DNA of 61,875 bases, counting the filler, from Choristocarpus tenellus KU-1152 (taxonomy: Eukaryota; Protista; Phaeophyceae): NCBI GenBank assembly GCA_964200185.2. It is 15 parts of 15 records of this genome, joined end to end, with 100 filler letters (N's around TTAATTAATTAA, not from the genome) between each part and the next. Parts side by side here need not be neighbours in the genome. Positions count along the whole stretch, not along the records: positions 34,815 to 38,353 come from CAXNAD020019379.1; positions 38,454 to 41,039 come from CAXNAD020026521.1; positions 41,140 to 44,360 come from CAXNAD020021441.1; positions 44,461 to 47,785 come from CAXNAD020020783.1; positions 47,886 to 52,163 come from CAXNAD020015322.1; 10 more parts are not named here. One strand, written 5' to 3'. This document shows positions 37,356 through 49,132 of the stretch, one piece after another (the stretch's first letter is position 1; the number at the start of each line of letters is the position of its first letter). The position numbers and the translations under genes were made by a program. Under the pieces are notes generated by a model, which did not search any database, was not told the DNA's origin, and saw only the letters and a program-made list of their open reading frames with translations.

Positions 37356-38453
37356 GTGAGAAGATGGTTGAGGTGGCACAAACATGTTTTCTTTTTTTTT
37401 GACATGATACGGATTTGATTGCGATCAATTCCAAAAAGGGTTGTCACTCTCCTATTGTAAGCGATGAGAGAGAGAGTCGCTACTCCTGCGATTCAGAGTA
37501 TTTGTTTCTGCTCATGAAATGGTTTGTGCCGTCACTCACAAATGTACACAACTTCCATGTCTGAGCTACCCACATACGGTTGACTCTCTCTCTCTATATA
37601 TATATATATAGATAGATATAGATAGATAGATAGATAGATAGATATCTTGTTGTGGAACTTTTTGGAGAGATTTTTTTGTTTCGCTTGTGTTGACTTTGTC
37701 GTTGGATGGTGTATCTCTTACCATAGCTCGGTTTGCTGTGCTCTTGCTCTGATTGACTCTCCCTCAGCCTTGTACTGTGGGATGGTAGTAGTAGTTGACG
37801 ACAGCGGGGGAGGGGCCTAAGATTAGGATTGAACATATAACGTCTCGTTACGAAGAGTCGCCGTGTGTCTGGAGCATTGTTGATTGCGATTGGACTCCCT
37901 GTAGGGTGGATTTCATTCTGCAGTTTCAACTCAACCTCTTGGAACGGGACGCCAATGGTAGTGTGACGGGAAGCAAGAAAGTCTCTGCCAAGGGACTGTT
38001 ACCACAAAAATTCTGTCACCCATGCATTCTTTTTGTTGTTTTGGCAAGTGGAATGGTAGTCTCGTGTTTTGTCAAGGGCCTGTTTGTTGGGTGTGGCCAC
38101 CCTTTGCACTGCGTACAGCATGTTGTACATATTTTTTTTTCACGGTGTATTGTGTTCTGTTCTTACACACTCGTAATTGTGTTCAGACTCACGTGCTCGC
38201 TGGGTGTCATTAGACCGGAAAGGAACCAAGTAAGCATGGGGAGTTACACACATTGGGAGGCATTATAATGTATAGTGGTTCAAAGTTTGTATTGGGGGGG
38301 GGGGGGGGTTTTGAAATCCCTGAACTGGGGGTCGCCAAGATGGTTTTTTTTTTNNNNNNNNNNNNNNNNNNNNNNNNNNNNNNNNNNNNNNNNNNNNTTA
38401 ATTAATTAANNNNNNNNNNNNNNNNNNNNNNNNNNNNNNNNNNNNNNNNNNNN

Positions 38454-38670
38454 GTAGCATGACTCAGGAAGAAGGGCCCTTTTCGCGAGAAATTTTTACG
38501 CGCGAGCAAAACTCGCGTGAATATCTCTGGGATCTTGTGCCAAATCACCCGAATACGATAATTCTGGTACAAAATCCTATTTTTTGAGCATGTCGAAAAA
38601 AGCGGTACAAAATTGCACATCTTTCGATTTGGTTCATAATATTTGGCCCAAAATAGGGGCACCTACTGTA
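38454..38670 (-). mobile_element. Possible Tc1/mariner-pogo type DNA transposon end
   Basis: The reverse strand begins TA-CAGTAGGTGCCCCTATTTTGGGCC (TA target plus CAGT terminus); the other end is off the contig. Confidence 0.35.
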
Positions 38671-38819
38671 ACTATAAATGTTGACAAAATTGAAAAATAT
38701 ATCTAGAAGTAATGTCACAAACGTGAAGAACTACATTTCCAATAAATAGAATGTTGATGGTTGAAGGTGTTGGAGGTGTTTTGTTAGGTACTATTCACCT
38801 ACCAATCTGCAGACTTTTA

Positions 38820-39160
38820 GAATCAAAATCACGATGTGATGAATCACGATGTGATGAATCATGTGGTTCTGTGGTCGTGTGGTTCACTCAGGAAGGGGTG
38901 GCGAAGAGAACCACTGGGCAAGACAGACCAAACGGACCAAGACGAACCGTAACCAAGAGGAAAAGGTTAAGGTTAGACCCAAGTGCAAGACTGCAAGGAC
39001 TTCCAGGAAACCTGTGGAGATATGAGAATCTTACGAGAGGGAAATCATCGCAAAATTCCCTAAGTAATGCACATCTCTGGTTGCACGGATGTGCAACTTG
39101 TGGGATTCGTTTCTTGCACAAAATCCACCACCTCTTACCTAGTGGTAGACTTGAATCTTC
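38820..39160 (+). repeat. Dispersed repeat homologous (inverted) to the LTR-like element at 41281-41887
   Basis: Shares GTTCACTCAGG...GAAGAGAA.CAC.GGGCA.GAC.GACCA.ACGGACCA.GACGAACCGTAAC...TTAAGGTT.GAC and GTTTCTTGCA with the 41500-41830 reverse strand. Confidence 0.75.
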
Positions 39161-39805
39161 ATTTTTTATGGGGTTAGCCATTTCATGATGATCAAGAAAT
39201 CTATTTCATTAAAATATGATATGATGTAATGAACAGCCACCTCAAGCACACAAGTGCTAATGTGCCGGGTGATATGGTCTCTTCACCACCGCATGTGCCC
39301 ACTCATGCGAACGAGGAGAATTGAGAGAATAAAACTAATTGTATTATTGATTTATCTAAATACATCATATATGTACAGTCTATTTACAAGGATTGATAAA
39401 CCTGGTAAACACGAGACGCCAAATCAGAGCTGGTATTGAACAGGTTAACTGACATCTGTTACCAGTTCTCTCATCTCTTCACAAAACGATGCACTATACC
39501 CATCTATGACAAAATGACACACAAACGATTTGTCTAAACCTGATGGTCAACCTGTGTAAGGGATTACGAGATGTGGGTACCATGAGATCCAGGCAAGACA
39601 CACAAGTCATAAAAAGCACACCAATAAAAAAAATAAAGATTGGCAAGGATCTGTACCGTACATATATAAAATAATCTCTTTACTGAAACGATAGGTTACA
39701 ACATTATGCCAATGCATGATATACAGACTATGCAAAGGAGTATGATAACATTAAATAAGAATTATCAAGTCAACACTGTCTAGGACGAGAATTTTACTGA
39801 TTATT

Positions 39806-40980
39806 CAATCCATTTACTGCACGATAGGCTGCAATCATTTTACGGTACTGTGGAATCTGTTCTATTCCTTTGTGAAGATCACAAGACGGTCCATAGCGAC
39901 AAAGACGAAGGCGATAGATAACATTAGTGGACGAACGATAACCCAGACCAGGTCTATGTCTAATAATACTATCATTAGTGTATTAACCAATAACAGATTG
40001 AGAGATTCGATGGTCTAGATCCCAGTAATGGATGGTTTTCCCAGAAACAAATAATCCAGTCCATTCAAATCTGGTGCGGGAGGTTGGACTTGAGGATAGT
40101 AACGCTTCATTCTACCCGGATGAACAGAAAATGGACGTGGGCTTCGAGGTAATGCGACCCTGTACACGATGGGTGATACCTTAGAATGTACTTCATACGG
40201 ACCCCCCCAAGGGTGAAGTAATTCGGGATTCGGACCATCAGTACTCTAATGTAGCCTATGGACTAGAACTTGATCACTAGGTACGAAAACGGGGAACATG
40301 AGACGTTGGCTGTGTGCAAAATTGGACAAAAGTAAGGTGTACCCTATTTTGTATATGTGAGATTATTGCATTGAATTGAGTCCAAGCGATGTCATTAATG
40401 AGATAGTACATCTCAAGTATCAATGGTTTTCAGTATTGCAGTTAAACAGTTCTGCCGCAAATAATAATAAACAAGCAATAAGAAGACACCTCACAAGGTT
40501 ACTGTTCTTTTCATCCATGTAATCACGTTCAGCAATGGGGAACCGTGTGAGGCTCCACACCTTCTTGTCTTCACTACTGATTAATAGCGATATCTTCTGA
40601 GGTAAATTGCATAGGTTGACACGCTCCTGATTTTTAACATATTCTTGGAGGTTACGACATGCCAACTCAAATGCAAGCTGTAAAATATCTTGGTTTGCTG
40701 AGTAAACTCTTTCGTAGTGACATCTGAATCAGCATTAGACGAAACAAAAATAATATCAACAGGTAAACGACCTTGTCTTACAAGCAGAACGTAAAACGGA
40801 GTTTCATGCAACTTTGCACTGAATGCTGTGTTATGGGCTAATTGTACGAAGGGCAGTAAAGAAGACCCGTTATCCTCAGCAATAGAGATATACATTTCTA
40901 GCATAGAATGCAACGTAGCATGTACTTCTCTCTAACACAGAATTTCCTTGGGGGTGATACGGTGTGGTTTTGGTTTTATT
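39806..40980 (-). mobile_element. Ty3/Gypsy LTR retrotransposon remnant: integrase C-terminus, GPY module and chromodomain-like tail
   Basis: TTPYHPQGN...HATLHSML...LLPFVQLAHNTAF..LHETPFYVL..RLPVD (integrase), HPWGGPYEV (GPY/F motif), and YTNDSIIRHRPG..YRLRLCRYGPSCD..IPQYRKMIAAYR (chromodomain-like); frameshifted, with an insertion. Confidence 0.85.
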
Positions 40981-41039
40981 GTGAAAGTATCTTAGAGGGT
41001 ACGAGTTTTGCCCTGTTTGTCCATTTGGGGCTTGGCTTC
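40981..41039 (-). mobile_element. MITE family A end inserted in the Gypsy integrase, truncated by the contig end
   Basis: GTGAAAGTATCTTAGAGGGTACGAGTTTTGCCCTG... Confidence 0.85.
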
Positions 41040-41280
41040 NNNNNNNNNNNNNNNNNNNNNNNNNNNNNNNNNNNNNNNNNNNNTTAATTAATTAANNNNN
41101 NNNNNNNNNNNNNNNNNNNNNNNNNNNNNNNNNNNNNNNCTTGCCTGTCTCGTGTGCCGTCGTCGCCTTCCTCCATCACCTCCACAACCCCATCCCCTCC
41201 TCCTTCAACACGATTGCCCTTTGTATCCTATTAACAGAAGTACGTGGAGCACTTCTGTTAACTAGCTCACAACATTTTTC

Positions 41281-41887
41281 TGTTGGTGTGAAAATGATCG
41301 ATCCTCTTCCAAAGGAACCCCTAACCACATCGTTTAACTGGTTCGAAGATTCCTTTCGGATCCAAGGTCAGTGGCGAACCCAACCGTATCGTCTCTAAGA
41401 TTGGTAGACGGGACACCTGTATTGTCCTCAGGGTCTGTGGTTGACGGCCCACTTACAACTACCTCATTATCACACACTGTACAATCTACAGAGGGGATAG
41501 CACATCGAACCACCATTTAGGCGGGGAATTTTTGCAAGAAACCAATCCTGGAAGTGGTGGACATCTCTTCAATTAATTAGAGATGTCAAACATCAAAGAT
41601 TATCTTTGTTGTTTCGTCTTGACTTTCTGGTGATCCCACTCTCACAAGATCCTCATCATCACCCTACAATTTTCTGCAATTCCCTGCAATCTTTGCACTC
41701 GTCCAACCTTAAACTCGACCTCGCAGTTACGGTTCGTCCTGGTCCGTGTGGTCCGTCCTGCCCTGTGATTCTCTTCACCAACCTTCTTACCTGAGTGAAC
41801 AACCCTGCCACACAATGATGTGATTCACATTTGTAAGGTACGTAAGTCCAATCCAGCTGTGTGAGTGTGTGTTGTGGTACTGTCACA
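41281..41887. mobile_element. LTR-like repeat (~607 bp)
   Basis: TGTTG...TCACA termini and a second partial copy at 38820-39160; no TSD seen. Confidence 0.45.
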
Positions 41888-43478
41888 GGTATTTGCTTTC
41901 TTGTTTTCTAAGATCAAATGTAGTACATATCAATATACTCGAATGACAATAAATAATGACGTCCATTCACACAGATCAATTCCACTAAACTGAAGATGTG
42001 TACTTTACTTACGTATCTTTAAATCCTTATCAATAGCCTGAGTTTGATGTAGAATCAACTCTTACAACAAAGAACTACTAAAAACTGTAGTTGTCAACGG
42101 ATCGATTAGGTATTGGTTTGTTCCACGCGCGCGCAATCGCGCACAAATCTTGAGTGTAGGTTCGTGTTATCGAATACCAAATGAAACCTTGTGCTCACCT
42201 CACTGGACCCATTGAGTTGTGTGGTGAGAGGAGCTCTGTCCCTAGTGGGGAGAGCAGGAGCCTTCTTTTGCCATGGAGAATGCCAGCTTTGCCAAGATCC
42301 GGTTGGAGTCATCGCCTTTCAACACCAAGAAGGGTATTGGTGAGAACATTACTCCGGTACCAGACTCCATATACCCTCCCTCATCAAGACCTACTCGACC
42401 ATGGCATCTTGCTCTCATCTTCGCTGGATCTACGCGGTGGAAACCGTAAAGAAGTACAGATATTATTGGAATTTCAGCATCATTGCCTACTGCCTAAAAT
42501 TTTGCACACTGTGCATCCTTGGGGTGGTGGTCGGCCGGGCCCTATGTGTGGTAAACCGTTAACGATAGTGTAAACGCCGCAAGTGCATCCTCCAGATAGC
42601 TGTTGTGCTGCTATTCCAAGTTAATGTTTTGACTGCAGTACCACTAGTTCACTGATAGGCTCCTTGGGTACCCTGCAATCCTCTCTTATTTCAACCTGAT
42701 TGATTTGTTCTGCCAGGGGCACTCACCGCAGTGAAAGTCCTTGGCCTGCTGGTTTGCCTAATTATAGGCATGAACGGTCCTAGAGTCTTCGATCGTGCAG
42801 CTGATAAGGTTGAGACCGAGTCCCTTGAGGTGACATGGTACGGACAAATCTTTGGCATGGAACCTTGGCATCAGGTACGTTTTTAGTTTCTTTGATTATA
42901 CAACGATGCAAGGAGGCAGATGTATGTTGTTGGAGTTTTGATTTTGTTATAGCCTCTATCCTGGTGTGCTTGCGAAATTCGTATCGCATGTCGATTGCTT
43001 AGCCTTTGCACACCACCTACCCGTGAACGGGTAGAGTTTCGCAGTTAAGTTGAAGAAATCGTTTCATCCAAGTGTTTTATCCTCTCAAGATAAGTGCTAA
43101 CCTAGTTACTACGTCCAGGGTGGACTTGGATTTCAATCTCAACAGTGATGCTCACAGAGATGCACTTGTAATATGTGGTTGTGGTGGTGATTCCAGTAAT
43201 AGGTAGCAGTTACACAACCATAGATTGAATGCAAATTGATCCAATCTGCCACAAACCCACCAAATGTAAATTGATTCCTTCCTTACCACATCATTGCAAC
43301 TGGGCAATGGCATCATCCGTAAGGTTATGGCTCACACGCACACACACACACACACTCACATACGCACATACACAACAGAGGTGAAAGTACAAAATGTTAT
43401 TTATCGCAACCTATCACCGTGGATGACAGAACCTTTCTTCTCGAACACCGTGGATGACTCCTCTCCAATTCTTGCTAG

Positions 43479-43675
43479 GTCCTCTTCCTGCATATGCGGC
43501 TGAAGAAGCCTCTGAGTATTGGTGCTGTGGCCTATGAACAGCGATATTCTGTCTCTTCATGGGCATCAGAGGAAACCGACAACAATGTGATCTGTCCGGA
43601 TGATGAAGCTGATTGCGTCGAGCTCAGTGAGGGTGTGATGATGGATAGGACCATCAAATGTGGGGATGACAAAAC
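43479..43675 (+). CDS. Putative internal exon of an unidentified gene
   Basis: Pyrimidine-rich TAG acceptor, open frame VLFLHMRLKKPLSIGAVAYEQRYSVSSWASEETDNNVICPDDEADCVELSEGVMMDRTIKCGDDK, and an AC|GTGAG donor. Confidence 0.5.
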
Positions 43676-44648
43676 GTGAGAACTATGACTTGCGATTTTT
43701 TCTGTTCCTCTAAAAACAATAAATGTTGGAAGTCGGAATTATCTTTTTTTTTTTCAGAGAGGATAATAACGCCTGAGTTTCTTGTGCCCGAAGTGTGCAT
43801 GCCACTGTGTGCTTAGTTAAGCTGCAAGCAACTAGGGGTGACTGGGCCCCGTTCGCCCCTAGTTGCCTTCTTTTGTGTGCTTACTTCTGTATGGGTTTTG
43901 ACAGCGTGGGTGGGATTATCGGGAAGGCATTCTTTTGGTGTGTGTTGAGTGGTAGTATGCTTCAAGTCGTTCAAGGCAGAGAAGGTATTGTAGTCCATGG
44001 TTTGATGACATGTGTAACAAGTCTCAGTTAACAGTTACGTTGAAACGTGTCACTGATCTGTGGTAGATGCGGTAGATGGGGTAGATGGGGAGATGACACG
44101 TGCCAGAGTCAGGACAAACGGGAGGTACTGGTCCCCGATTTAAGATGAACTACAGTACCTTTATCGAAGGGCAATGGGCTAGTGTGCCCTTCAATAAAAA
44201 GGTCTCAGTGTCCATGTTATTTGCGTTTGTTGTTTGACAGTGACACGCAGGAGCCTCTTGAGGTCGAAAGCAATCCTTACTTTTCTGTTTTTTTTTTTTT
44301 GGGGGGGGGGGATGGGGGAGGGCGTGGGTTGCGTGTTTTTTTTTTTACCTCTCTTTCGCTNNNNNNNNNNNNNNNNNNNNNNNNNNNNNNNNNNNNNNNN
44401 NNNNTTAATTAATTAANNNNNNNNNNNNNNNNNNNNNNNNNNNNNNNNNNNNNNNNNNNNGGGTTGGGTCACAGTAAGATTTCGCCAGGAGAGCGACAAT
44501 ATGTTTTAGAAAGACTGAGGAGACTCTGAGGTAGAAGGTGCATACAATATTCTCCTTCCTTATGGCGAGGTGGGAGATGATCATTAACACATAAACATCA
44601 TTTTTTAAAAGCGCTCGTAATCGTTTCTATCCTATCCAAGAAGCTTAT

Positions 44649-44804
44649 GATTGATTTCCCAGCTCACCACGATTAATCAGTCGCTTCGATGATTGATTTC
44701 CCAGCTCGCCACGATTAATCAGTCGCTTCGACGATTGATTTCCCATCTCACCACGATTAAATAGTTGCTTCGACGATTGATTTCCCAGCTAACCCTAACC
44801 CTAA
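44649..44804 (+). repeat. 42-bp minisatellite (3.4 units) running into (CCCTAA)n
   Basis: Units start at 44649, 44691, 44733 and 44775 (GATTGATTTCCCAGCTCACCACGATTAATCAGTCGCTTCGAY), followed by CTAACCCTAACCCTAA. Confidence 0.9.
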
Positions 44805-45313
44805 TTACTACAAAATCGATATTATACCATATACATTGTGTGCCGCTTTTTTAGGGCATACCCATGGGTGAACAAAATCGGTGTAGGTACTGTTCGTAAA
44901 AAAATTAGCTTTCGAAACAGATTGTTGCGCTACCCAATGAAAATGCACTCTGAATGATACCGATCAGTTTGTTCTGTCCAACTTTCGACGAAGCCTTCTG
45001 TTTCTAATAATATATTATTATGCCCTCTGACATTTTGCAGATGTGTCAGGGGAAAACCAATGAAAACTATATATACATACGTGTATATAAAATGTTCTCA
45101 ACTCAAGAATAATTAAGATAATGCGTGGAAATAAGGTTTTCAAGTATACTTCAAATACGATTGGTATTTAGGGAGGGCTTTATTGTAGGCAATAAAGGCT
45201 TCTTGTTTTATTCTTTATCTTTTCTCTGTTGTGTATAGTATATGTTCCTTTCCTTCCCCATCTCCATAACAACAAATAACTCCATCACCTACTGCCTATC
45301 TATTATCTGCAAA

Positions 45314-45735
45314 TGTCAGGGACAGGTCGCCTTTTATGGGATCTCCCGACACTGATGAGGATAATATGTATACCAAGTCATACACATTTGTGCATGTCAC
45401 CTTCTGCCATTGACAGGTGGCCAAGTGATGTGGTGTGGGTCAGACGCACGACCGACTCGAGGTGACCCCGACATGAACGATGGATTCAAACCAGTAAAAC
45501 TGAGATTGTGTTTTCTGTTCTGACTGGCCACAACCAATCACAGTGAAGATTGATCCACATCGCTTTCTCAGCATGCCTCAGTCTATTCTTCCACTTCCTC
45601 TCTGAACCTCATCTCTGGTGGTTCTCATCACCCCCCATCACACAGAACCATGTCCCTTAACAGTGATACTCACGCCGATCTCTGATTGGGGGTCACCAGA
45701 GATGTAGGGCCATGCCACAACCAGACCCCTAAACA
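45314..45735 (+). mobile_element. Solo LTR (422 bp), same family as 20470-20897
   Basis: TGTCAGGGACAGG...CCCCTAAACA; 4-bp TSD CAAA; internal PBS-like TGATACTCACGCCGA at 45664 between two copies of the terminal ~21 nt. Confidence 0.85.
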
Positions 45736-46107
45736 CAAAATGTGCATTGCCATTATTTGAGCATAAAATAATAAACCCTTACTACGCCTAGTCCTAGCGA
45801 AAATAATAGGGTAAATATCTACTATATTACCACTTCGAAAAGTAGACCTTGTTTACTATCTATATCAAACTCGGTTGTCAGGAAGATGAGAGTGTCATTT
45901 CTCGGGTTTTGGGGTAGGAAGGATAGATAGTAGACGCGGAGGTCTCTTTATCATGATGTTCATCGTTTTTCTCTAGTGTCTTGGTTTATTTTGCATCCTC
46001 TCACCAACCAAAAATGAAGAAAAGAAGTATTGTTGTATGTACCTGAGAACGCCGCGAACACAACTGCAACTCCCGGACCTCTCCCAACTTGGATCACGAG
46101 TACATAG

Positions 46108-47419
46108 ATGTCGGGACCCTGGAATCAAGGTGGCAGGGGCGGTGGAAGTGGTGGTGGACCAGGAGGTTTCCATGATCGAGGATTTGGTGGAGATCGCCAT
46201 GGGTTAGGAGGCAGTCGTGGATTTGGTCACCGGGAAAGGTGCGACCAGATCCTCGTCCCTATTATGCAAAAGGCCTAATCTCTTGACCTCTACGTCCCGT
46301 ATGTGATATTGAGTGATATGGAGTGAACAGGAACGATACGTTGATTATCGCTCGGGGATGTGGAGAATATCAAATGACACTTTGGTCTCTCTCGTGACTT
46401 CAAACCAGGTAGTAATTGTGTGTGTGAGAGAGAGAACTCAACTTACCTTGAATTGTCCTGATTGCCATACTCTCCACAACCACCCTGAAACAATCCGTAC
46501 TTCAAGAAAAAACGCAGGAAATGTAACCCCGAGAAAGGTCTCAAAGATCTTCGCCCCTTTCTCTCTGGATCGCTTCCTCTACCACCCAATTGTCCACCAT
46601 CACGCGGGGCATCGTATTTTCTAAACGTACAACGGTTGTCCCATTCCCTGCGGCAGGGAGTGGGGAGAAGGTGACCATGCACAACGAAGGATGCGTCCTC
46701 AGGCGCCCCGCCGAGGGGTTGATATCATAGGAAGCATCATGCAACACCAGCTCGGTCGCATCCATAGAGCGGGTCCTGGTGGAAACCCGTATGAGGTCCG
46801 CAGCATGCAGCCACACTCGAGCTATGTTCGTAGGATGCTGCCCCCTCTGGCCCTCAAGTCCAATCCTTCTTCAGGAGTATGCACACAGGTAAGCATTAGG
46901 TGTTGTAGAAGGTCATTTGTCTATTTTCCTCCCTACCCAAGCACATTGTCCATGGGTTTTGATGATCTTCCTGGCATGTATGCGTTCGCGTCGTTTGCAC
47001 CTATGCGAGGGGGCAAACTATTGTGCTTGAGTCAGGATGAGTGACTAAGATAATATAACTTGAGGAGGGATGTGGGATAATTTTAGCTGTCCTAACTTTC
47101 TGATCAATATATCAACTAAGTCACGTGTGAGTCGAGGGGGTGAATTGAACTAAAGATGAATTTCCTCTGTAGTTGTAGAGACGCCTCTATTACCTGAGGC
47201 CCAGGACTCTAATGTTGTATCGTTCCTCCCCCTCCCCCTCCACATGCACGATGTCCCACCCTTGAAAAGTGGGTGAAGACATCAATCAACAAGCAGCGCT
47301 GTCCTGTGTTTTGCTTGGCATGGGCTCCGGAGGGGGTGACAAGATGCATCACTGGCAATTCTGGAGGGGAGTTTACACTGTGGAATGATGGTGCCTTCAA
47401 CTTCGCCACCATTCTGCAG
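46108..47419 (+). CDS. WDR33: Pre-mRNA 3'-end processing protein WDR33/FY/Pfs2, 5' part
   Basis: Exons 46108-46238, 46657-46888 and 47270-47419 are in phase: [13 protein letters not shown]...[14 protein letters not shown]...NPSSGVCTQ|[45 protein letters not shown]. This matches WDR33 [31 protein letters not shown]. Confidence 0.92.
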
Positions 47420-49132
47420 GTAGAGTAAGCCGAGGGCTCTATCAGAGAGGGATAAGCGTAGACAATAAAGTTTGAAAACATGTGAGAATCCCATGAGCAT
47501 GCTTGTTGCATTTGGAATAAGTATTTTTGCTTGTCCTGTCCTTCCCCTCATTTGGATTGTGATACTATCAGGTAAGATGGGTACTGACTGCTACCTTGGT
47601 CTATCTTGGCAAAGCATTATTCTTTCTTGATCCTCCCCTTCCTACCAAGAACCCCAACAAGAGATGCCCTGATCTGTGTGAGTCACCTTTCTTATTCTTT
47701 CGCTTTTCATGAGATTGTCTCAAACTCTCCCTCTACCCCCCCCCCCCCCCCCTCCCCCCCCCCCCCCCCTCCCCCCTCCCTCCACNNNNNNNNNNNNNNN
47801 NNNNNNNNNNNNNNNNNNNNNNNNNNNNNTTAATTAATTAANNNNNNNNNNNNNNNNNNNNNNNNNNNNNNNNNNNNNNNNNNNNTCCATTAACCATCTC
47901 GTCCCTTCCTTAACTCTTCCTTCCCTTCCTACTTCTTTCTTTTCTTTTTTCCCCCCCCCCAACCAACCAGAATTCTTCCGACCACAAAACTCAGTTTACT
48001 TCATTAACTCTCACTCTATTCATTTTTAACTTTTTTTGCTTTATTGGTCTTGTCATATTTTCGATCGAGATTATTTCAACGATTGAACAAAAATTGGCAT
48101 ATATATCCACCAATATATATAGTATATTATACATTCTAGATGATATCATGTTCCAAAACATCATGTTCTAAATTTTTTTCTACTACGATCAAATCGTCAA
48201 TATTTTTTTGATGAATCGAGTTGAATCGAAGTGAAAACAGGGCAGGAATGACCAGTGAAATGTGTAGTGCGTTGTGGGTATTGAGTTGTGGATATTGAAA
48301 CCTTGTGATGAAAATGTGTTTATTATTTTTATCAATACGGTTTTTATTAGTCACATTTCTTCTATAATGATATAAAATATAAAGATTGACTTGGTAGTTC
48401 AGTTTCTCGATTTGCCCAATTATTGGAATTCAACAATATTGAATAATAATGTACATGATAATATAATGTGACATTACAAATATTCAACGAATAGCATTAT
48501 TGTATATTATTTGCATATAATATATGGTTTTCAAAACTTGTATCTGGTAAAAAAAAATTGGTCAGGTATAGGAGTAGTAGTATTGACTATCCAAGAGTGT
48601 TCCCAGAACAAAGAGCTGCTAAAGAATAACCATAATTAACCCTGCTGCCAACTGACCAGACACAACAACCTAACACCACAACTGAGGTCTGTATGATATG
48701 GTGTACAACACTTCTCAAACCTTCAGCGTAGTGATAATCATCTAAAGTAGGCAGAGGTGAGTTCTAGTACATTTTGATGGACCAACAAAGTGTTGTACGG
48801 GTCTAGATTCAATGTTGTTTGAATGACTGTGTTAGTTATGGGTCTTCAGGGTGGTGGGAAGGAGATTGAGATGGAGCTATTGGGCGGGCACTTTCTGTGC
48901 CTTATTGATGGACCTGATCAATGTCTGCACTACCAATTCTGGTTCTGGGGATTTTCCTCTCTCATGTATTCTCTATGTTTAAACCTCTCCATTTCATCTT
49001 CTCAAGTGGGTGGAAGGACTTCATTTCATAATGCTGAGAATGAGATCGCTTACCCAATTTTAATCCTCATTGAATATCAGGTCAACCTATCCTACGAAGA
49101 CGTAATCAAATCTTGGGAAGCATACAGTAACA

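Noticed and set aside
37795-38268. 157-aa ORF as a coding exon
   Set aside because: In-frame stops lie directly upstream, there is no convincing in-phase acceptor, and no family is recognised.
44649-44790. CRISPR array
   Set aside because: Units are contiguous with no unique spacers, there are no cas genes, and the context is eukaryotic.
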